From assembly GCA_965243025.1 (NCBI GenBank), contig CBDETY010000003.1:1408001-1472000 (forward strand): a stretch of DNA of 64,000 bases, given 5' to 3'. Of the stretch, positions 30,895-39,646 are shown piece after piece (within the stretch, counting starts at the first letter, position 1; each line of letters begins with the position of its first letter). A program made the translations under genes and the position numbers. The notes under the pieces are model-generated. The model made no database searches. It was given only the letters and a program-made list of their open reading frames with translations, and was not told the origin of the DNA. This DNA comes from Candidatus Latescibacterota bacterium. GTDB lineage: Bacteria > Latescibacterota > UBA2968 > UBA8231.

Positions 30895-31968
30895 ATGTCG
30901 CGGCACCGCGGTCCGTCGTTGCGGCTCAGGGCATGCGGATTCGCCACTTTCCTCTTCCCGGTCGTCGCCGCCCTCGCCCAGGGAGCCCCTGGCCCGGCAA
31001 CGGCCGTCGAAGTCTCCGCCCGGCTCGATACCGCCGCGGCCAGCATCGGGGCGCCGCTTACCCTGACCTTGCGCCTGCGCTACCCGGCCGAATACTCGCC
31101 GCTGTTTCCCCGCATGGAAGAGATACTTCCGCGGCAGCTGGCGGTCGAAGCTTTTTCTCCCGCAGTCAACCCCCGGCCCCTCTCTGCCGGAGAGGTCGAA
31201 GCGGACGCCACCTGCCGTGTGCGGGCGTTCGACCTCGGGGAGCTGACGATCCCCCCCATCCCGATCCGATTCGCCGCCGCGGGGAAGGACACCCTGCTGC
31301 GCAGCACCGCCCCGCTGATTCTCGAAATCCTGCCGGTCCGGGATCCGGAGGACGACGAGCTGCGGGACATCGTCCCTCCGCTGGTTATCGCCGGCGGGAT
31401 TCCGGTCTGGCTCCTCGCCCTGCTCGCGACGCTGGCGGCAGTGGCAGCGGCCTGGATTCTGAAGGTGTTCTATCTCGATCGCCGGGCTCGCGGCATCGCC
31501 TCCCAACCCCCTCCTCCACCTGTCGACTACGTCGCCGAATTCAGGAAAATCGCAGGCATGGGACTGGTGGCACGCCGCGCTTACAAGAGGCACTACACCT
31601 TGCTGTCGGAAACCCTGCGGCGGTTTTTCGAGGACAGGGCAGGGGTGGAGGCGCTGGAGCGGACGACCGCTGAAATCGAAGGGGCGCTCGTCCGCATCCC
31701 CGGGTTTCCCGGGGAGATCGAGCGCCAGGCGGCCGTTTTCCTCAGGGTCGCCGATCTCGTCAAGTTCGCCCGTCACGTCCCGGAGGCCGCCGAAGCGGAA
31801 GCGGGCCCGGAAAGGGGAATCGAGATCGTCCAGGGTCTGGAGGACTGGCTGCGGGAACGGGCGAAAGCCCGGGAAGAAGGCCCCGCGGGAGGACTGAGGG
31901 AAACGGAGGAGTCCGGGACCGGTTCAGGCGGAACCGTGGTCCCTTCCGGGGCCCCGGGGGAGGCATAG
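30895..31968 (+). CDS. Bat-operon-associated membrane protein (BatD-like/DUF4381-like)
   Basis: Signal peptide, Ig-like IGAPLTLTL, LRDIVPP, TM helix, LRRFFE..ALERTTAEI, ADLVKFA. Confidence 0.75.
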   Translation: MSRHRGPSLRLRACGFATFLFPVVAALAQGAPGPATAVEVSARLDTAAASIGAPLTLTLRLRYPAEYSPLFPRMEEILPRQLAVEAFSPAVNPRPLSAGEVEADATCRVRAFDLGELTIPPIPIRFAAAGKDTLLRSTAPLILEILPVRDPEDDELRDIVPPLVIAGGIPVWLLALLATLAAVAAAWILKVFYLDRRARGIASQPPPPPVDYVAEFRKIAGMGLVARRAYKRHYTLLSETLRRFFEDRAGVEALERTTAEIEGALVRIPGFPGEIERQAAVFLRVADLVKFARHVPEAAEAEAGPERGIEIVQGLEDWLRERAKAREEGPAGGLRETEESGTGSGGTVVPSGAPGEA

Positions 31969-31974
31969 GAGCCA

Positions 31975-32952
31975 GTGGAGGAGCATCTCCGTTTCGAAAA
32001 CGTGATCTGGCTGGCGGCACTGCTGCTGCTGCCGGCAGTGCTGTACCGCTATCTGCGCGAAGAGCGCGGTGACCGCGGCAGCATCCGCTTCTCCAGCCTG
32101 AAGGCTTTCGCAGGCATCAGGCCCGGGCTCCGGGTGCGCCTGCGCCACACCGTGGTGGTGCTGCGGCTGGCCGGGCTCGCACTCCTCATCGTTGCGATGG
32201 CAAGGCCCCAGGCCGGCAAGGAGGTTGTCGACGTCACCGCCGAGGGGATCGACATCATGCTCGCTCTCGACGTCTCGGGCAGCATGGAAGCGAGGGACCT
32301 CGGGGAAGCGAACCGGCTGGAGGTCGCCAAGGAAGTGGTGTCGGAGTTCATCTCCGGCAGGCACAGCGACCGCATCGGCATGGTCGTGTTCGCCGGTGTG
32401 AGTTTCACCCAGTGCCCGCTGACCCTCGACTACGACGTCCTCCTCGAGTTTCTCGGGGAAATCGAGACAGCCTCGAGGAGCTGGGACGGAACCGCCATCG
32501 GGGTGGCCCTGATCAATGCCTGCAACCGGCTGCGCGACGCCGACGGCAGGAGCAGGGTCGTAATTCTGCTGACCGACGGAGTCAACAACGCCGGAGAGAT
32601 CGACCCCATGACCGCCGCCGCCGCGGCCGAGGCCACGGGCATCCGGGTATACACGATCGGCGTCGGCGCCAGGAGCAACCCGGTTCCTGGCCGTCCCGGA
32701 CGCGGGCTCGAATTCGACGAGGAGATCCTCGGGCGGATCGCCGAAACAACGGGGGGCCAGTACTACCACGCGACCAGCCGCGAAAAGCTGAAGCAGGTGT
32801 ACGAGGAGATCGGCAAGCTCGAGACGACCCCCGTTACGAGCGCCGTCCACCTCGACTTTACCGAACGCTACGGCCGCTTCCTGCGGACGGGATCCGCCCT
32901 GCTGCTGCTCGGGTTCGTCCTGGCCAACACCCGTTTCCGCCGGCTGCCCTGA
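31975..32952 (+). CDS. batA: BatA-like VWA membrane protein
   Basis: MARPQ, MIDAS DVSGSM, DRIGMVVF, QCPLTLD, GTAIG, LLTDGVNNAG. Confidence 0.9.
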   Translation: MEEHLRFENVIWLAALLLLPAVLYRYLREERGDRGSIRFSSLKAFAGIRPGLRVRLRHTVVVLRLAGLALLIVAMARPQAGKEVVDVTAEGIDIMLALDVSGSMEARDLGEANRLEVAKEVVSEFISGRHSDRIGMVVFAGVSFTQCPLTLDYDVLLEFLGEIETASRSWDGTAIGVALINACNRLRDADGRSRVVILLTDGVNNAGEIDPMTAAAAAEATGIRVYTIGVGARSNPVPGRPGRGLEFDEEILGRIAETTGGQYYHATSREKLKQVYEEIGKLETTPVTSAVHLDFTERYGRFLRTGSALLLLGFVLANTRFRRLP

Positions 32953-32963
32953 CCGCAGTTCCG

Positions 32964-33989
32964 ATGCGCTTCGCCTACCCCGGCTACCTCTGGCTGCTGC
33001 TCCTCATGCCGCTGCTCGCCCTTTTCGGGCTGTGGGCGGTTGCCGCCAAGCGCCGCGCTCTCGCCCGCTTTGCGGCGCCTCAGGTCGCCGGCAGACTGAC
33101 CCGCAGCGTCAGCGTTCCCCGCCAGCACTGGAAGTACTGCATCGCGGTCTGCGGGTTCGCCTTTCTGACCCTGGCCCTCAGCGGCCCGCAGTTCGGAGCC
33201 GAGCTGACGATGGCCAAGCGCAAGGGTGTGGACGTCGTCATCGCCCTCGACGTCTCGAGGAGCATGCTGGCCGAGGACGTCGGCCCAAACCGCCTGCAGC
33301 GGGCCCGGTACCAGGTCGGGGAGCTGCTCGACCGGCTCGAGGGAGACCGCGTCGGTCTCGTGGTGTTCGCCGGCAAGGCCTTCGTCCAGTGTCCGCTGAC
33401 CCTCGACTACGGGGCCCTGCGGCTGCTTCTGTCCGTCGTCGACGCCGGCAGCATTCCGGTCCAGGGAACGGCGGTAGGGGAGGCGATCGAACTGGCGCGC
33501 AGCTGCTTCGACGAAGGGGACCGCCAGCACAAGGCGATCGTGCTGTTCACCGACGGCGAGGACCACGCCGCCGATCCGGTGGCGGCCGCGGACCGGGCCG
33601 CGGCCGAGGGTGTGCGCATTTTCGCGATCGGCATGGGCACCTCCGACGGCGAGCTGATTCCGGTCCGGCAGGAGGGGGGAGGCGTCGACTTCCACCGCGA
33701 CCGCGCCGGGAATCCGGTGAAGACCCGGCTCGACGAGGGGGTGCTGCGCGAGGTGGCCGCCCTCAGCGAGGGGGCGTACTACCGCAGCAGCTTGCGCGGG
33801 TCCGAGATCGAGGAGATATACGACGGGATCGCCAACATGGATCAGAAGGAGTTCGAGTCGCAGAGGTTCAGGCGATATGAGGAGCGCTACCAGATCCCGC
33901 TTGCTCTCGCCCTCGCCTGCTTTGCCCTCGAGTCCCTGCTTGGCGACCGGCGGCGGCAGCGGCGGGAATGGAGGGGTCGTTTCGAATGA
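32964..33989 (+). CDS. batB: BatB-like VWA membrane protein
   Basis: MRFAYP, GPQFG, DVSRSMLAEDVGPNRL, FTDGEDH, TRLDE, ERYQ. Confidence 0.9.
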   Translation: MRFAYPGYLWLLLLMPLLALFGLWAVAAKRRALARFAAPQVAGRLTRSVSVPRQHWKYCIAVCGFAFLTLALSGPQFGAELTMAKRKGVDVVIALDVSRSMLAEDVGPNRLQRARYQVGELLDRLEGDRVGLVVFAGKAFVQCPLTLDYGALRLLLSVVDAGSIPVQGTAVGEAIELARSCFDEGDRQHKAIVLFTDGEDHAADPVAAADRAAAEGVRIFAIGMGTSDGELIPVRQEGGGVDFHRDRAGNPVKTRLDEGVLREVAALSEGAYYRSSLRGSEIEEIYDGIANMDQKEFESQRFRRYEERYQIPLALALACFALESLLGDRRRQRREWRGRFE

Positions 33990-34813
33990 GATCTCCAGAT
34001 CTCCGGGGGAGTCGCAGGACGCCGGGAGGCTGCGGGTTGGCGGTCCTCGCACTGGGGCTGGCCGCGGTCGGCCTGCGCCCCGCCGTCGCCGCGACCGTGG
34101 GAGACGAGGCCGCGGCGCGCAGCGCCGAGGCGCTCGAGCATTACAACGGGGGCCGCTTCGCCGAGGCGGTCGATCAGTACCGGCAGGCGCAGATAGAGGA
34201 CCCGGACTCCCCCGAGCTGCTGTTCAACGTGGGAGACGCCCTCTACAAGCAGGGCGACTTCGAGGCCGCGGGCCGCGCCTTCGAGGAGGCGTCCGCCTCC
34301 CCGGCCCTGGCGGCCCGGAGTTTATACAACCTCGGCAACACCCTGTTCCGGAAGCAGGCGTATCCCCAGGCGGTCGAGGCCTACAAGGAAGCGATCACGC
34401 GGGGATTCGACGGCGAAGCGGGGAAGGCGAACCTCGAGCTCGCCCTGCGCATGCAGCGGGAACAACCACAGGAACAGCAACAGAAGCAGCAGCAACAGCA
34501 GCCGGGCGACCAACGGGAGGAACCCGAAGGGGCGGGTCCGGGGGAAGAGGGCGAGCGGGAACGGCAGCAGGAGTCCGGGCAGGAGGAGCCTGCGGAAGAA
34601 AGCGAGCAGCCGGCAGGGCAGGAGGGAGAATCCCCGCAACCCCCGCAGGCGCCGCAAGAAGAAGCGGTGCAACCGCAAGGGAAACAGCAGCTTCCGGGGC
34701 GGATGCAGGCGGACGAAGCGGAACAGCTGCTCGACGCATTCGCCGACAGCGAGCAGGAAGCCCAGCGCCGCCGCTTCCGGGTGGAAGCCAGGACGCAGGT
34801 CAAGGATTGGTAG
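33986..34813 (+). CDS. batC: BatC-like TPR protein with Q/E-rich linker
   Basis: FNVGDALY, YNLGNTLF, NLELA, QQQKQQQQQ, C-terminal KDW. Confidence 0.85.
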   Translation: MRSPDLRGSRRTPGGCGLAVLALGLAAVGLRPAVAATVGDEAAARSAEALEHYNGGRFAEAVDQYRQAQIEDPDSPELLFNVGDALYKQGDFEAAGRAFEEASASPALAARSLYNLGNTLFRKQAYPQAVEAYKEAITRGFDGEAGKANLELALRMQREQPQEQQQKQQQQQPGDQREEPEGAGPGEEGERERQQESGQEEPAEESEQPAGQEGESPQPPQAPQEEAVQPQGKQQLPGRMQADEAEQLLDAFADSEQEAQRRRFRVEARTQVKDW

Positions 34814-34820
34814 GGCCGTT

Positions 34821-36614
34821 GTGAGCATTTTGCGGCTGATTGCGGCGTCGGCCGGAGTGGCGGCCACGGCCTCGTTTGCAGCGGCTGAAGTCGATTTCAC
34901 GGCCTCCGTCGACCGCACCAGGACGACCCGCTCCAGACCGGTCGAGCTGACGTTGTCGATCTCCTCCTCGCAGAACTTCCCGCAGATTCCCACCCCGGAG
35001 CTGAAGGCGGAAGAATTCGACGTGTACGGACCCTCCGTCGGGGTGCGCACCGAGATCGTCAACGGCCGCGTGACCCACGCCCGCGAACTGACCTACACCC
35101 TGTATCCCCGGCGCGAGGGGACCTTCCTGATCGGGCCGGCCACCCTTGAGCTGGGCGGCAGGAAGTACTCGACGAAGGCTGTCGAGGTGGTCGTATCGAA
35201 GGGAGGGGCAAAAGAGGACCCGCAGGCCCTGGAGGATAACCTTTTCGTTCGGGTGAAGCAGGATCGCCGGCAGGTGTACGCAGGCCAGCAGGTGCTGCTC
35301 TCATACGACCTGTGCTACCGCTACCAGCTCCGCGACGTCGGCTTCGAGGAGGTTCCCGCGTTCTCGGGGTTCTGGACCAAGGACCTGTTCGTCGCCCAGC
35401 GCCTCGAACCGCAACGGCAGGTTATCGGCGGAGTCGCCTTCAATGTCGTGCTCCTGCGCAAGGTCGCCCTGTTTCCCGCCAGCGCCGGGGAGCACGTAAT
35501 CGAGCCGCTGGTGATCCGGTGCAGCGTTGCAGAGGGGAGGAGGAGGAACAGCCTGTTCGATGCTTTCTCGCTGTTCGACGATCCGTTCTTCGGCCGCGGC
35601 CGGACGCTGCTGGTGCGCAGCCCGGAAGCAGCCGTTGAGGTTTTGCCCCTGCCCGGGAAGGGCAGGCCTCGGGAGTTCGAAGGGGCTGTGGGAACCTACC
35701 GGATGATGTCGACCCTGCAGCCGCCGGCGCCGCGGGCCGGGGATCCGGTCACCCTCACCATCTCGATTCAGGGGCAGGGGAACATCGCCGCGGTCGGGGA
35801 GCCCCGGCTGGGCGACCTGGAAGGATTCAAGCAGTACGACCCGAAGGTAACGGAGGAAGCGGGGGATACCGGCAGCGGTTACGGAGGCACGAAGACCTTC
35901 GAGTACATCCTGATTCCCGAAGCGCCGGGTGCGCTCACCGTTCCGCCGGCGCGGTTCTCCTTCTTCGATCCCGACGCGCGGGCCTACCGGACCCTGCAGA
36001 CCGAACCTCGCGAGCTCGCCGTCGGCGGGGACTCTCAGGAGAGCGGGGAGGATTCCCGCTACCTGTTGAGCCGAAAGGAAATCGAGGTCGTCGGGGCCGA
36101 CATTCGGCACATAAAACCGGAAGTGGGGGAGTTGGGGGACGCGGGGTACCTGTACCGCAGCGCGGGGTTCTGGCTTTTGCAGTCGCTGATGCCTCTCGCG
36201 TACGCAGGTCTCTACTTCTGGCAGCGCCACCGCCGCCGGCTCGAGGGGGATGTCGCCTACGCGCGCCGAAGGCGCGCCAGAGGGGCGGCGGGACGCAGGT
36301 TGAAAACGGCGCGGCGGATGCTGGCCGCCGGCGCCCCGGCCCCGGACTTCCACGCGGAGATCCACCGGGCGGTGCTGGAGTTCGCCGCCGACCACCTCAA
36401 CCGCTCCGCAGCGGGTCTGGAGAAGGAAGAGTGCGCCGCCGAACTGCGGCGCCGGGGAGTCCCGCAGCAGACCGTGGAGGACCTCGGCAACTTGCTGCAG
36501 GAGTGCGAGTTCGCCCGCTACGCCCCCGGGGCGTCTTCGACAGGGGAAATGAAGCGCACCCAGGATCGCGCCGAGGAGCTGATGGAACGGCTGCAGAAAG
36601 TGCTGAGAGGATGA
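34821..36614 (+). CDS. batD: BatD-family protein
   Basis: Signal peptide, ASVDR, VYAGQQ, FSGFW, GAVG, GQGN, FSFFDP, DIRHIK, TM, CEFARYAP. Confidence 0.88.
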   Translation: MSILRLIAASAGVAATASFAAAEVDFTASVDRTRTTRSRPVELTLSISSSQNFPQIPTPELKAEEFDVYGPSVGVRTEIVNGRVTHARELTYTLYPRREGTFLIGPATLELGGRKYSTKAVEVVVSKGGAKEDPQALEDNLFVRVKQDRRQVYAGQQVLLSYDLCYRYQLRDVGFEEVPAFSGFWTKDLFVAQRLEPQRQVIGGVAFNVVLLRKVALFPASAGEHVIEPLVIRCSVAEGRRRNSLFDAFSLFDDPFFGRGRTLLVRSPEAAVEVLPLPGKGRPREFEGAVGTYRMMSTLQPPAPRAGDPVTLTISIQGQGNIAAVGEPRLGDLEGFKQYDPKVTEEAGDTGSGYGGTKTFEYILIPEAPGALTVPPARFSFFDPDARAYRTLQTEPRELAVGGDSQESGEDSRYLLSRKEIEVVGADIRHIKPEVGELGDAGYLYRSAGFWLLQSLMPLAYAGLYFWQRHRRRLEGDVAYARRRRARGAAGRRLKTARRMLAAGAPAPDFHAEIHRAVLEFAADHLNRSAAGLEKEECAAELRRRGVPQQTVEDLGNLLQECEFARYAPGASSTGEMKRTQDRAEELMERLQKVLRG

Positions 36615-37432
36615 AGATCCGGTTCCTGCTCGCGGCCGCGGCCGCGATCTCCTGCGCCGTGGGGGCTGCCCCCGCCTCAGGGCAATCCGCCGCCGCAGGC
36701 CTGTTTGCCGAGGGCAACGACCAGTACCGGGCCGGGGAGTACGAGTCTGCCCGCGACACCTACCTGAGGATCGCCGCACAGGGAATTCGCGATTCCCGCC
36801 TGTTCTACAACCTCGGCAACGCCTGCTTCAAATCCTCCCGCCTCGGCGAAGCGATCGTATGGTACGAGCGCGCCCTGCGGCTCCAGCCGAGAGACCGGGA
36901 CATCCTGGCGAACTTGCGCTTCGCCCGGCAGGTGAAGAGGGACCGGGAGCCCCCCGCCGAGGAGAATCCGCTTGCCCGCTTCGCGGCCGCTGTCTACGCC
37001 TTTCCCACCCTCGACGAACTCGCCGTCGCCTTCGCCGTTACCCTGCTCTCCGTTCTGGTGCTTGCCTGTCTGCCCTCGCTGCGGCCCCGATCCTCACGGG
37101 TTCCAATGCCGCTGCTGGCCGGCTGCGTCTGTTCCTGGGCGATTTCCGCCTTGTTTCTCTCCTCGCGCATCTACACCCACGAATCGGAAAAACACGCCAT
37201 CGTCACGGTGCAGGAGGCGACCGCCCGCAGCGGACCGGGCCGGGATCAGACCTCGGTGTTCGTCCTTCACGAGGGTACCAAGGTGCGCATCGACCGCGAT
37301 GAGAACGAGTGGTATCTGGTGCGGCTGTCCAACGGCAGAGGAGGATGGATGCCCAAGGCCGCGGTCACCGCAATTCAGGATGAGAGAATCGCTGCTTGTC
37401 GCATTTGGACGATCTTGCTACAATTGAACTGA
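36611..37432 (+). CDS. batE: BatE-like TPR + SH3 protein
   Basis: FAEGNDQY, YNLGNA, YERALRLQP, NLRFA, two TM, LHEGTKV..W..GW. Confidence 0.88.
   Translation: MKIRFLLAAAAAISCAVGAAPASGQSAAAGLFAEGNDQYRAGEYESARDTYLRIAAQGIRDSRLFYNLGNACFKSSRLGEAIVWYERALRLQPRDRDILANLRFARQVKRDREPPAEENPLARFAAAVYAFPTLDELAVAFAVTLLSVLVLACLPSLRPRSSRVPMPLLAGCVCSWAISALFLSSRIYTHESEKHAIVTVQEATARSGPGRDQTSVFVLHEGTKVRIDRDENEWYLVRLSNGRGGWMPKAAVTAIQDERIAACRIWTILLQLN
37396..37424 (+). promoter_or_regulatory. Putative sigma70 promoter for murG-HEAT/mraY
   Basis: TTGTCG-17 nt-TACAAT with extended -10 TG. Confidence 0.45.
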
Positions 37433-37583
37433 AGATGCCTCTCGCCACCGACCCCTCCCACTTCCCCAGGTTCCTCGGATCCGTTTGCCGGCTCCCCCAG
37501 GCGTTCGACCCCTTTCGGGTCGTTCTTCCGGCGGCGTTTTTCCGCCTACTTTCCAGTACGGCGGCAGGCAACGGACCGGTAGC

Positions 37584-39638
37584 GTGAAATATCTCCTGAC
37601 CGGGGGCGGCACCGGCGGCCACGTCTATCCTGCACTTGCCATTGCCGACGAACTTCGCCGTCTGAATGCCGACGCGGAGTTCCTCTACGTCGGAGTTCGC
37701 AACCGGCTGGAATCCAGGGTGGTTCCCGCCCGGGGGTACGCCTTGCGCTACGTGCGCTCCCGCCCCTACCCGCGTTCATTCTCGGCGCTGTCCCAACTGC
37801 TGTTCTGGCTGACCCTGGCAACCGGAGTCAGCCGCGCTCTGCTGATCCTGCTTCGTTTCCAGCCCCGCGTAATCATTACCACCGGGGGTTTCGTCAGCGC
37901 CCCGGTGATGCTGGCCTTCGGCATTCTGCGCAAACTGGGCGTCGGCAATGCCAGGATGTTTCTCTACGAGCCCAACGCCCGTCCCGGCCTGCTCAACCAC
38001 ACGGTGGGGCGGCTCGCCGACCGCGTTGGCGTTGCTTTCGAGCAGGCGGGACGCTGGTTCGACATCGGCCGGGTCGCCGTGGTCGGCTACCCGGTTCGCC
38101 GCGAGCTCCTGCAGCTCGACCGCGCCGCCGCCCGCCAAAGGCTCGGAATCGGTCCCGATCGTCAGGTGCTGTTCGTCGTGGGGGGGTCCCAGGGGGCCCG
38201 CGAGATCAACCGCGCCGTGGTAGAAGCGCTGCCGCGGCTGCGAAAGCGCTCGGACCTGTTCATCCTGCACGTCACCGGGGCGACTCCTCCCCGGGGACCC
38301 TCCGAGGAAACCTACGACCCTGTTTCCGACACCGAACTGCGGTTGCGCGAGTCGGGACTCGCAGGCGACACCTCGGACTGGTACCGGCGGCTCCCCTACG
38401 CGGAACAGATCGAGGATCTATACGCCGCCTCCGACGTAGTCGTCTGCCGCGGGGGCGCGGCAACCCTCACCGAAATCGGCGTTTGCGGACTGCCTGCGGT
38501 CATAATTCCGCTGTCGACGTCGGCGGACGATCACCAGGCGATCAACGCCCGCGAGATGGAAAAGCGGGGAGCGGCGGCGGTCCTCTACCCCGAGGCAACG
38601 TGGGAAGACGGGGCCGTCACCACCCGGGTACACGGCCATCCCCTCGCCGCAGCGATCGAGGGATTGCTCGAAGCCCCCGAGGAACGGCGGCGGGTTTCGG
38701 CGGCGGCACAGGGGGTGCCGCGCCGCGACAGTCTGGAGCTGATCCGCAGGGAACTGGAAAGCATGGTCGAGGGGGGAAGGCCGGCACCGCTCAACCTGGA
38801 ATCCCCGGCGGACGAGAGGCTGCCGAGCGATCCGAACGCCCTCGTCAGGAAGGTGCGCGAGCGGGTGGAAGCCGCCGGGGGTGTCCAGGGCATCCCCGGC
38901 CGCGAGCTGGCATACCTGCGCTACCAGGCGGACCGTCTCCTTGCTTCGGGGGAGTGGTACGAAATCCCGCTGGGCAAGCGCAACGTCGGAATCAAGCTCG
39001 CAGGCTATCTCGAGCAACGGGACCGGCTCGACCTGTTGCTCCAGATCCTCCAGGACCGGCGGCAGGTGGGTGCTTTGAAGAGACTGCTCGGCGGGGACTT
39101 CCGGCATTCCGGGATCCTGAGGCGCAATACCATACAGATCGCCCTGCGGGGGCTGCGCGTCGTCGGGGAGCGGAAGGTGGAAGCGGCGCTGCTGGTCGCG
39201 CTCGAGACCGATCCCTATTTCGAGGTCCGGGCCGCTGCCGCCGATTTGCTCGGGGAGGAGGGCAAGCCGTCCGACCGCATCGAGGGCGCCCTCGTGAATG
39301 CGCTGTCGGACCGCTCGCGGCGCGTCGTCGCCAGGGCGATACGCGCCCTCGGCGCCGTGGGACGGGATTCGGGGCTGATCCGGTTGCTGCGGAGCTTCTA
39401 CCATCACCCGGACTGGCAGATCCGGTACGAGGTCGTACTGGCGTTGCAGAACCTGCTTCGCCGCGGAGTGCTGGGCCCGCGAGAGATGGCCGGGGAGGCG
39501 GAGCAGGTACTGGCGACCTCGCCGAACTTCACCCCGGAGTTTCCCCTGAAAGAGAGCCTGGCCGAGCTCGCCGAGCTGGCCGGCCCCGCCGAAGACGAGC
39601 CGGCCGCCGCCGATGCAGTCAGCGCAGGGGGAGGATAA
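37584..39638 (+). CDS. murG: MurG-type glycosyltransferase fused to a C-terminal HEAT-repeat domain
   Basis: GGGTGGHVYPA, GGFVSAP, EPNARPG, GGSQGA, RGGAAT..E, HQAINA; then HEAT-like DPYFEVRAAAADLLG, DRSRRVVARAIRALG, DWQIRYEVVLAL. Confidence 0.88.
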   Translation: MKYLLTGGGTGGHVYPALAIADELRRLNADAEFLYVGVRNRLESRVVPARGYALRYVRSRPYPRSFSALSQLLFWLTLATGVSRALLILLRFQPRVIITTGGFVSAPVMLAFGILRKLGVGNARMFLYEPNARPGLLNHTVGRLADRVGVAFEQAGRWFDIGRVAVVGYPVRRELLQLDRAAARQRLGIGPDRQVLFVVGGSQGAREINRAVVEALPRLRKRSDLFILHVTGATPPRGPSEETYDPVSDTELRLRESGLAGDTSDWYRRLPYAEQIEDLYAASDVVVCRGGAATLTEIGVCGLPAVIIPLSTSADDHQAINAREMEKRGAAAVLYPEATWEDGAVTTRVHGHPLAAAIEGLLEAPEERRRVSAAAQGVPRRDSLELIRRELESMVEGGRPAPLNLESPADERLPSDPNALVRKVRERVEAAGGVQGIPGRELAYLRYQADRLLASGEWYEIPLGKRNVGIKLAGYLEQRDRLDLLLQILQDRRQVGALKRLLGGDFRHSGILRRNTIQIALRGLRVVGERKVEAALLVALETDPYFEVRAAAADLLGEEGKPSDRIEGALVNALSDRSRRVVARAIRALGAVGRDSGLIRLLRSFYHHPDWQIRYEVVLALQNLLRRGVLGPREMAGEAEQVLATSPNFTPEFPLKESLAELAELAGPAEDEPAAADAVSAGGG

Positions 39639-39646
39639 GGGAACCC

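Noticed and set aside
25476-31776. Long alternative-frame and antisense ORFs (458-758 aa) over gldF, gldG and DUF4340
   Set aside because: Arg/Pro/Gly-rich or antisense-type composition with no motifs; expected in high-GC DNA overlapping well-supported genes
34455-34690. CAG/CAA-rich low-complexity tract
   Set aside because: Encodes the normal Q/E-rich linker of BatC-type proteins; not a DNA repeat array
38483-39646. Apparent long N-terminal extension of MraY in the 755-aa ORF
   Set aside because: Overlaps murG-HEAT in another frame with no motifs; GTG 39647 follows GGAGGA/AAGGGA. The same applies to ORF-track extensions of rplB, DUF58, batB, polX, the SplB-like gene and SprT
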